Part shown: in pieces, positions 54,041 to 64,000 of the stretch
Layout of the letters: every line of letters begins with the position of its first letter
Position numbering within the stretch: position 1 is the stretch's first letter
The notes under the pieces: model-generated
What the model was told of the DNA's origin: nothing
Seen by the model: the letters and a program-made list of their open reading frames with translations, nothing else
Database searches by the model: none
Made by a program: the position numbers and the translations under genes
From: Octopus vulgaris
Lineage: Eukaryota
Assembly (NCBI GenBank): GCA_951406725.2
Contig: OX597822.1
Coordinates: 71,362,001-71,426,000, forward strand
Length of the DNA stretch: 64,000 bases
Reading direction: 5' to 3'

Positions 54041-54480
54041 GTGTATATATATATATATATCCTCCTCACTTTAATCTCCCTCTAATTTGTGTTCTTTTCG
54101 TTCTTCAGCCTTCACATAATATTTTATAGTCACCTGTCCCTCTTCTTAATTTCACTGCTTTTTTTTTTCTATCTCCATCCGAACAGTTACATAAATATCT
54201 ATACAACTCAACTTTCCTGTTCATTCCAATACTCCTTACAACCTTTTCCTCTTCTGCTTCTTTATCACTGCAAAGCTTTCTTCATCTTTTTTCCTGTTTT
54301 CCGTTCCTCGTCCTTTCCTTTCTCTTCTACCTCTTCTGCTTTGTTGCTACTTCTTTTTCCATAGATGCCACGCTGTGTCAGTTTTCCTACTCTATCACTT
54401 TTCATTCTACTCCAATATCTAAATTCCTCGCAACATTATAAATACTGGAATTCTGGTATTGTTAAAAAGAGACTCGAACT

Positions 54481-54900
54481 AGGTGCAGGAGTGGCTGTGT
54501 GGTAAGTAGCTTGTTTACCAACCATATGGTTCCGGGTTCAGTCCCACTGCATGGCACCTTGGGCAAGTGTCTTCTACTATAGCCTCAGGCCGACCAAAGC
54601 ATTGTGAGTGGATTTGGTAGACGGAAACTGAAAGAAGCCCGTCATATATATGTATATATATATATATATATGCGTGTGTGTGTTTGTGCGTCTGTGTTTG
54701 TCCCCCTAGCATTGCTTGACAACCGATGCTGGTGTGTTTATGTCCCCGTTACTTAGCGGTTCGGCAAAAGAGACCGATAGAATAAGTACTGGGCTTACAA
54801 AAGAATAAGTCCCGGGGTCGAGTTGCTTGATTAAAGGCGGTGCTCCAGCATGGCCGCAGTCAAATGACTGAAGCAAGTAAAAGAGTAAAGAGTAAAGAGA
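54481..54900 (+). mobile_element. SINE family A, full length
   Basis: Head-to-tail match. Confidence 0.92.
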
Positions 54901-55365
54901 GAACCAACTCTCCTTACTAGCTTTAACTTCTACTAATCAGCACTGGTATATGAAGAATATTTCGAAAGATGCTAGGAAGGAGACATAACATTTTGACAAA
55001 TACATGCTTCGCTCACTGGATCAGCAGTCAATAGCTTCTCTTTGATCTGTACTAATAAGAGATTTTCTACCTCACTGAAGCACGAGGATAATTAAGCCTT
55101 TTTGGTCACAGATGCACAATTTATCACATCCTTTCTTCTCAAAATGGTACACGTTGTATATTTGACCAATCCATTCTCCTCACTAAGGTTACTTAAATTG
55201 ACGTTATTCACCCCACCTCTCTCTCTCTCTCTCTCTCTCTATCACTCTCTTTTTCCCAGAAATGAGCTCTTTCTATATTTTCACTGAAGTGCTTGTTTGT
55301 ATAATTCCTTGCTTTCAGCATGGTGAAGCATAACTACCATATTTGCCAGAGTATGAGATGTGCCT

Positions 55366-55414
<49 letters not shown>

Positions 55415-55455
55415 CCCCCATCACCATCGTCATCGTCGTCGTTGTCACCATTATC

Positions 55456-55523
<68 letters not shown>

Positions 55524-55744
55524 TGTTATTTTCATTATCATCTTCTTTCAGTTCTGTTTCTGTTTCTTGTCGAGTGTCTTCCTGACACCTAGGGCAGAGA
55601 AACGCGCTGTATACATTGGTAGGCCATTAAAATAAACACACCAAATTGTCTATTTACAAAGTCATGTGATAGAGAAAAAGGGGAAGAAAGACAGAGAAAA
55701 AAAAAGTAAACAAAGAAAATAAAGAGGAAAAATGGAAAGAAAAT

Positions 55745-56318
55745 TCACAGTGATAATGCTCTTCTCAATATGTGTGACGTACCAGTTAAGACAATCTTTT
55801 GCACTTCCTGTATGGATAGTAAGCCAGGGATCAATCTTAAATAATTTTCAGTACCTTTTTTGATCATTCCAAGTGCTCCTACAATCACTGGTACTGTAAG
55901 TGTCTTGAGATGCCACAAGCTTTTGATTTCGATGAGCAAATCTTTATATTTTTTGAGCTTATCAAATTCTTTTGCTGTGATATTATGGACACAGGGTATG
56001 CTCATGTTAATCAATAAACAGACCTTAATTTTTCCGTCTTTCATAACAATATCTGGTCAGTTTGCTTTGATGGTTCAGTACATAGTGGGAAGTCCCAAAG
56101 AATAGTTACATTTTCTCCCTAGCTACAGCCTCAGGTGCTTGTTGCATTTGTCAGCAGTTTTGATTTTATAATGCTGGCACATTATCCAATGTAGATATTG
56201 GCCAACTCAGTCATGTCTTGATTCGTACTGTACAGGTGCTAAAACCTTATATCCAGAGATTAGGTGATCCACTGTTTCTATCCCATTGTTGCAGTATTGG
56301 CACTTTAGGTTTACACCA

Positions 56319-56320
<2 letters not shown>
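55745..56320 (-). pseudogene. R4/Dong retrotransposon C-terminus (zinc knuckle and restriction-like endonuclease)
   Basis: KCQYCNNGIETVDHLISG..RHD..; PDIVMKD..CLLINMSIP..KLKKYKDL..VPVIVGALG..VQKIVLTGTSHILRRAL*. Confidence 0.88.
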
Positions 56321-56384
<64 letters not shown>

Positions 56385-56439
56385 TCATCATCATTGACAT
56401 CATCATCATCATCATCATCATCATCATTATTATTATTAT

Positions 56440-56850
56440 AATTTTATTGGCTTTGCACAGATTCTAACGCTGGAGATGTACTACAGTGTCAGCTGTTCAC
56501 TACCTTATTTTTCGAGTACCTTCCAGAGTATTCGAATGGTTCCAAGCAGTGCTGTTTTCTGCAAGGGCTCCACTCTTATTGCAGCCCCTATTTGTTCCAC
56601 GTACTTCTCGAGATTTTTGCTCACTGTTCCCAGGGCTCCAACAATTATTGGTACTACTGCTACTTTTTCATCGACCACAACTGCTTAACTTCCCAAGCTA
56701 ACCCGTGATATCTCTCGACTTTTCTTTCTTCCTTATCACATACTATGTCTATGATCCAGCATAGTTTGTTTTCTTTCTCAATTAAGACTATGTCCGGCTT
56801 CCTATTCTCTATCTCATGGTCATACTGAATCATAAAATCCCATAGGATCT
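56440..56850 (-). pseudogene. Second, distinct R4/Dong 3' fragment
   Basis: ILWDFMIQYDHEIENRKPDIVLIEKE..VVPIIVGALGTV..LQKTALLGTIRILWKVLEK*, followed by a TAA-rich tail. Confidence 0.85.
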
Positions 56851-57381
56851 ATTATTATTATTCGGCATTTTGTTCATCTACATGTGCACCAAATTACTCC
56901 CAGTTCGACTTTGCCCTTCATCCTTTCGGGGTCAATGAAATAAGTACCAATTAAAACACTGAGGACGATGTGATCGACTATCCCCTTCCCTGCAAATTTC
57001 AATCCTTGTAATTGTAGTAGAAAGTATTATTATCATTATTATAATAAAATGTATCAAAAAATTGACCTGCGTCAAATGTGGCAATTTTACCGATTGGGAA
57101 CCAAGTGCCATAGACTAGAGATCCAGATTAGTTAGTTGCGGTATTTGTTACTAATAATAAAATATTGTAAACAAACCAAGATATTACTGATAGCACAAAC
57201 TTACCAATTAAATACCCACCTTCTCTCTTCATTGATCTGATGTTACAGATTCGCAGGAATTACCTTTGATAGGGTCAGAGACCAATTTATTGTAAGAGAC
57301 CAGTTTATTGTTGTGTAGAGATTAAGCAACTTCTTTAAGGATGGTCAATGTGAACTCAAGTGATCACTCGTTGCCTCAGAT

Positions 57382-58348
57382 CAGTGTTCTGAACCGGAGT
57401 TCATATGACCCCTAGAGGCCCATATAAGATTTGGGGTGGGGACCACAGTATTATTTTATAGGGGCTTATGAAAAAATTTTGTTATAGATGTATTTATTGC
57501 AAGAAACAACTATAGGGTCCGGCAGAAAGTTTGCCCCGGTTTCAAAGGTTAATAAAATACAAACACATGAAGATACAAGAAAAAAACGATGTTCTCCATT
57601 CCAGGTCATGGTGGGTATGATCTGAAAGAAAAAACAAAAATGGCGTTTAATGAACTTCATAGAAATACAAAGCTTTTTTATTCATTTCCATGTGTTTGTT
57701 CTTTATTAACCTTTGAAATCAGGGCAACCTTTCTGCTGCACCCTGTAGGTTTCTTTCTTTAACGCTTTACACCGTTTATGTTCCTAGTCACTGATAATAT
57801 ATACTCAAAGAGAATGCTATACAGACCTATACAAGTGAACGTATGAAAAACAAAATTGGAATTTCAAAAGAAGACTCTTTAAAACTCGCATTAAAACATC
57901 TAATAGCTTTGGAGGTCTAGTAGACTAAAATAGTAATTAAAGGTGTCCATACTCTTCTACTCTTTTACTTGTTTCAGTCATTTGATTGCGGCCATGCTGG
58001 AGCACTGCCTTTAGTCGAGCAAATCGACCCCAGGACTTATTCTTTGTAAGCCTAGTTCTTATTCTATCGGTTCTCTTTTGCAAAACCGCTAAGTTACGGA
58101 GACGTAAACACACCAGCCTCAGTTGTCAAGCGATGTTGGGGGGGGGGGGACAAACACAGACACACAGACACATTCACACACATACATATATATATGCATA
58201 TATATGACAGGCTTCTTTCAGTTTCCGTCTACCAAATCCTCTCACAAGGCTTTGGTTGGCACAAGGCTATAGTAGAAGACACTTACCCAAGGTGCCACGC
58301 AGTGGGACTGAACCCGGAACCATTTGAAAAATTGGTTGAGAACCACTG
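57382..58348. mobile_element. hAT/Charlie-like MITE containing a Tc1-like MITE (~57512-57747) and a SINE (57955-58322)
   Basis: Ends cagtgttctgaacc / ggttgagaaccactg with flanks cctcagat / ctttagat. Inner inverted repeats ta-tagggtccggcagaaag.. / ..ctttctgctgcaccctg-ta. Confidence 0.65.
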
Positions 58349-58554
58349 CTTTAGATTTTTATTCGTTATTTTCGAATGGAAATCCTTCGTTGATAAACCT
58401 TTATTCGTTGCCAACTTAATGGAAAAAACATTCGTTACCATAAGATCATGATAATGTCGAATCAACGTATAATGAACATCATGAACTTCGGGAAATGATT
58501 TTACAAATAAAATATCACGGTTCAATACGTGTATATTCGACATTTTAAAAAATT

Positions 58555-58766
58555 TCTTTATTGCCCACAGGGTGATAAACATAGGGGAGACAAACGAGGA
58601 CAGACAAAGGAAATAACTGGCGCATAACTGGTACTTCTTTAATCGACCCCGAAAGGATAAAAGGGGAAGTCGACCTCGGTGGAGTTTGAACTCAGAACGT
58701 AAAGACTGATGAAATACCGTTAAACAATTCGCCCGCCGTGCTAACGTTTCTGCCAGCTCGCCACCT
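58555..58766 (-). mobile_element. SINE family B
   Basis: Reverse complement of the family B head and body. Confidence 0.85.
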
Positions 58767-59161
58767 CGTCAGTGTCTTTCCTATTTATGGAATAGACTGC
58801 AAAATGTTAAAGTTGAATTAATCCTAGTAGTCACAGACTTCGTTGTTGGTACATAAAATATATTATTTACGCGGGCGAACAATACTGGAATCCCCAAATG
58901 TCTATAAAGATTCGGAAATATAGTGTTTTATGTTTATAAAATATACTATAAAACGGCAATTAATTCTGTTTAATTAATCTAAGTAGCTGCTGATGTAAAA
59001 TGATGCTTTATTTGTAAAAGTCGTTTCTGTTTTGTAACCGAAGGTCAAGAATTTCAAAATTGTGTGTTCCTGTGTTTCTGTGTGTAACCGCAGATACTTG
59101 GGTCATAGTTGTGATGTCTCTTTGGTGCAATCGTTAGGCTAGGTAGACAATATGTATTAAA

Positions 59162-59501
59162 CGGCGCATGGCTCAGTGGTTAGAGCGTTGAGCTTACGAT
59201 CGTGAGGTTGTGAGCTCGAATCCCGGTCCGGGCTGCGTGTTGTGTTCTTGAGCAAAGCACTTTATTTCACGTTGCTCCAGTTCACTCAGCTGTAGAAATG
59301 AGTTGCGACGTCACAGGTACCAAGCTGTATCGACCTTTGTCTGTCCCTTGGATAACACTGGAGGCGTGGAGAGGGGAGGCTGGTATTCATGGGCGACTGC
59401 TGGTCTTCCATAAACAACCTTGCCCGGACTTGTGTCTAGGAGGGTAACTTTCTAGGTGCAATCCCATGGTCATTCATGACCGAAGGGGGTCTTTACCCTT
59501 T
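59162..59501 (+). mobile_element. tRNA-derived SINE, full length
   Basis: A box tggctcagtgg, B-box-like gagctcgaatccc, domain ttcttgagcaaagcactttatttcacgttgctccag. Confidence 0.85.
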
Positions 59502-60159
59502 AAACGTGGGTTCGAATTCTGGGGGTGATGTTATAGATTCTTTTCATTTTTTTTTTACACACACACACACACACAAACACATACATATATATCGAGTATT
59601 TATGATGTTTCGAATGGAAAGAGGTTGCTGTTTCACAAGGATGTATTTCATCCAAGCATACCACCGGTTTATCTCTATATCGATTAATTTTCCAGAAATT
59701 TTTGTTAATTTGTGTTAGTATTAGTGGTTATTGATCGTTCTTCTTCGACATTAGTGCCTAACACTTATAAAGTTCCAGTTGTCGTTATAAATGTTTTAAT
59801 CCATCCGATATAGGAGAACAGAATTTAATTACATAACATAAAGAAAATGGAGAGTGTGAACACAGAAAAAAAATCAATTTATTTATATAATAGTCAATTT
59901 CATGTTGCCTACACACACACACATGTATGCATGTATTATATATTTATTTATACACACACACACATACAAATATATGTATATACTTTTGTGTATGTATGTA
60001 TATATACATATATATAAATACCTATATATATTTTTATATATGTATGTATATATGTATATATATATGCATACATATATATATATACATTTATATATGTATA
60101 TATATGTATGTACATACATATATATCTTTATATATTTATGTGTATATATATATATAAAG

Positions 60160-60403
60160 CACCATCCGAACGTGGCCGATGCCAGCGCTGCCTTGGCTGG
60201 CTTCCGTGCTGGTGGCACGTAAAAAGCACCCACTACACTCGCGGAGTGGTTGGCGTTAGGAAGGGCATCCAGCTGTAGAAACACTACCAGATCAGACTGG
60301 AGCCTGGTGCAGCCCCTGGCTTCCCAGACCCCGGTCGAACCGTCCAACCCGTGCTAGCGCGGAAAACGGACGTTAAACGATGATGATGATGATGATGATG
60401 ATG
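60160..60403 (-). mobile_element. (CAT)n-associated repeat family copy
   Basis: Matches 14160-14400. Confidence 0.8.
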
Positions 60404-60549
60404 ATATATATATATATATATATATACGAACATATATATTTTTACATATGTATGTATATATATTCATATATACGTACATACCGACATACCTACATACATA
60501 CATACATACATACATACATACATACATACATACATACATACATGCATGC

Positions 60550-60598
<49 letters not shown>

Positions 60599-60787
60599 TG
60601 CATGTATGTATGTATCTATGTGTAATAGAAGCAACGTGACATATATATTTTCTGAAGTATAGTTTCATTTAGCAAACTAATTGCGTTCATACTCGAGAAG
60701 GCTTCACTTAATCTATATTGCTAAAGTCAGACTGATACGATATAATACATTTCATATATCATAGATAGTATTTCAGCAATGATAATG

Positions 60788-61003
60788 GCAACGAGCTGGC
60801 ACAATCGTTATCGTGCCGGACAAAAATGCTTTGCGGTATTTTGTTCATCTTTACCGTTCTGAGTTTGAATTACGCCGTCGTCGACTTTGCCTTTCATCTT
60901 TTCAGGATCAATAAAATAAGTACCAGTTGAGCACTGAGGTCGATGTAATCACCTTACCCTTCTCACCAAATTGCTGGCCTTTTGCTAAAATTTGAACCCA
61001 ATA
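60788..61003 (+). mobile_element. SINE family B
   Basis: gagctggcacaatcgtta head and gtcgactttgcctttcatc domain. Confidence 0.8.
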
Positions 61004-61722
61004 TTTTGGCAATGATCTGCTGGTAAAGCGAAGATGAAACAATTTTATTATGCAACAAACCGTGTTATCTCAATTCATACTCTCTTGTTTACACTTTTTT
61101 ATTATATACATTCTCAATGGATATTCACAAATTTTTGGATGTCTCTTCAGTAATACAATCTGTATTCGTTGTGGAACTGCACCTGGTGGCCGATAACCGT
61201 AGACAAGCTTTGTAAAGCAAATTACAAGGTCCATACACAAATTGAATGCATAAGTACATACAAGCATTTTTTAAGCACCCAACGTCGAAGTGTATCCCTT
61301 GGCCAAGTATATCCCTTTGCTTTGTAAAAATTACTTCTCATCTGATGATTATAGTCTTTTATAATGATGTAATGTTCTCTTTCTTCAATTAAAAGGTTAC
61401 TTTTAAGAAACAGCTGTAATGAGCTGACAGTTATCAATTGTTTGTTATTATTCATTTCATTCTAATTCATCAAGGGAACTTATGGACACCACTGAGTATA
61501 ACAACAATGTACTGTTCAAAGTAACGCGTGATTTGAACCAACCCCTTAGATGCTATATACTCATAGGGTTGGTTTTTCTTTGTGTACACAACCGAAATAT
61601 CTGATCTGATATTTCGAATTTCACCAACCATAGGCCTGAACCACAGAGATTACACAACATTACCCAGTACGTACTTTTTCATGTACCTGATTCTATCTGA
61701 ATCCTCATCTTATTTTTTTACA

Positions 61723-62115
61723 TAGGTGCAGGTGGGGCTGTGTGGTAAGTAGCTTGCTTACCAACCACATGGTCCTGGGCTCAGTCCAACTGTGTGGCAC
61801 CTTGGGCTAGTGTAGTCTGCTATAGCTTCAGGCCAACCAAAACCATGTGAGTGGATTTGGTAGACAGAAACTGAAAAAAAGCCCGTCGTATATATGTGTT
61901 TGTGTGTGTGTGTGTTTGTCCCCTCACCATCGCTTGACAACCAACGCTGGTGTGTTTATATCTCCGTCATTTAGCGATTCGGCAAAAGTGACCAATAAAA
62001 TATGTACTAAGCTTAAAAGAAATAACTCCTGTGGTCGATTTGTTCGACTAAAGGCAGTGCTCCAGCATTGCCGTAGTCAAATGACTGAAACAATTAAAAG
62101 AGTAAAAGAATAAAA
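61723..62115 (+). mobile_element. SINE family A, full length
   Basis: Head-to-tail match. Confidence 0.88.
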
Positions 62116-62180
<65 letters not shown>

Positions 62181-62265
62181 ATTTCACTTCAATATGTTAC
62201 ATAAATATAATATAAATTGATTTGCTACGTGGAAACTACCTGTTTATTTTATGATATATATATAT

Positions 62266-62435
62266 ATCATCATCGTTTAACGTCCGTTTTTCATGCTAGC
62301 ATGGGTTGGACAGTTTGACAGGGGTCTGGGAAGCCAGGGCGCTGCACCAGGCTCCATTCTGATCTGGCAGTGTTTCTGCAGTTGGATGCCCTTCCTAACA
62401 CCAACCACTCTGTGAGTGTAGTGGGTACAGTGGGT
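62266..62435 (+). mobile_element. (CAT)n-associated repeat family copy
   Basis: catcatcgtttaacgtccg..ggatgcccttcctaacaccaacc. Confidence 0.8.
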
Positions 62436-62725
62436 GTATATATATATGTATGTATGTATGTATATATACACATATATATATATATATGTATCTATGTATA
62501 AATCATGTGCTCACACATGCGCACACATAAACTCAAATATAGATATATGTGTGTGTGTAAAAGACAGGTTTCCGTACAAATATCATATATAAAATTCTAC
62601 TCACAAGATATTAGCTAACATGTGGTTATAGTGCCAAAATAGTTGCACCATGGCATTGAACCATGAACCATGCCATTGTGAAACGAATGTTTTAACCGAC
62701 AACTATACCGACACCTGTATATCTA

Positions 62726-62774
<49 letters not shown>

Positions 62775-62789
62775 GTATGTATGAATGTA

Positions 62790-62841
<52 letters not shown>

Positions 62842-62938
62842 CATACATATATATACATATATATATACATATATATATACATATATATACTTATATATAT
62901 ATATACATATATATATATACATATATATACATACATAC

Positions 62939-63010
<72 letters not shown>

Positions 63011-63159
63011 TATATACATATATATATACATATATATACTTATATATATACTTGTGTGAGTGTAAACATACACACACATGTGCGCACATGTACATGTCTG
63101 TATATATATATGTGCGTGTGAGTGCATATGTAAGTGAGTATATATATATATGTGTGTTA

Positions 63160-63204
<45 letters not shown>

Positions 63205-64000
63205 TACATACATACAAACGTACGTACGTATGTATGTATGTACGTATAGGGATGTTTGTGTGTGGGTGTTTGGAGCATATGTATCCTTAATGCAAAACAA
63301 AACATATTTTGCTATTAATATTGCTTCCATGATCAATATTCTACTTTTGAGCAAATTCTATAGAACGATAGTTGCGTCGCTGTTATCAAGTAATGTTGTT
63401 GCTGTTATTATAGTTTTTCTTTCTTTCTTTATTTCTTTCTTTCTTCCCTTCCTTCCTTCTTTCTTTCTATTTTCATTTTGTGTTGTGCAATTTATGGTGC
63501 CTCGCTCTTGCAAATACACGGTCATACTTGTACGGACGACATAACACGATGTTACAACGTTCACAAATGCATATGAATTTGGGTTTTTATAAAGTATCAT
63601 TAATGCTAGTTTATGATTGAATGAAATGGATAATGTCTTCTCTGTGATGAATATTTTGATAACCTGCTCTCTTCATATATTCTATAGACAGGATGCTTTT
63701 GGTTCATGCAATACATTTTTTTTTTATTTTGTATTCTATATTTGTATTACATATCGTATATTTATTTTCGTTGAGTATTGTGTTTGTTGTACTTTATTGT
63801 ATTCGAATATGTTTCTGTATTGTTCTATGATTTTGTCTACTAAATTATTTGTATATCCGATATTGCCTAACGTGTTTCATTCTTTTAATTTATATTTGTA
63901 GTGTTTCTTTTGTATTGCGGGGGAAGAATCTAAAGGCTCTTACGAGTGAGGATTTTATAACCGAAGTATATTCATAGGCACATTCATTTCATGCATTATG

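Noticed and set aside
53451-54129. 195-211 aa ORFs
   Set aside because: They are translations of a (TACA)n microsatellite. The same applies to the many YI/HT/VC-rich ORFs.
59162-59235. tRNA-like sequence
   Set aside because: It continues into a SINE body shared with other copies, so it is a SINE head and not a tRNA gene.

Overview
AT-rich, microsatellite-saturated eukaryotic DNA with (TA)n, (TATG)n, (CA)n, (TAA)n and (CAT)n tracts. The SINE, Penelope and R4 repeat complement is most consistent with an octopus genome; that assignment is inference from repeat style. I recognise no intact host gene, and almost all ORFs in the track are translated microsatellites. The window is an intergenic or intronic transposon graveyard: one full-length mariner (23131-24422, disabled), a fold-back mariner with two 5' ends, many copies of several tRNA-derived SINE families, R4/Dong, CR1/L2, hAT and Penelope-like (PLE) fragments, and MITEs. 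The most interesting signal is RNA-structural. About a dozen hammerhead ribozyme (HHR) motifs can be folded by eye. They include a canonical GUC type I HHR inside a ~357-bp terminally redundant, retrozyme-like unit, long palindromes carrying two back-to-back minimal HHRs, and cores with compensatory G3-C8 or U3-A8 pairs in place of C3-G8. All structures and alignments were read manually and none has been computed or tested.
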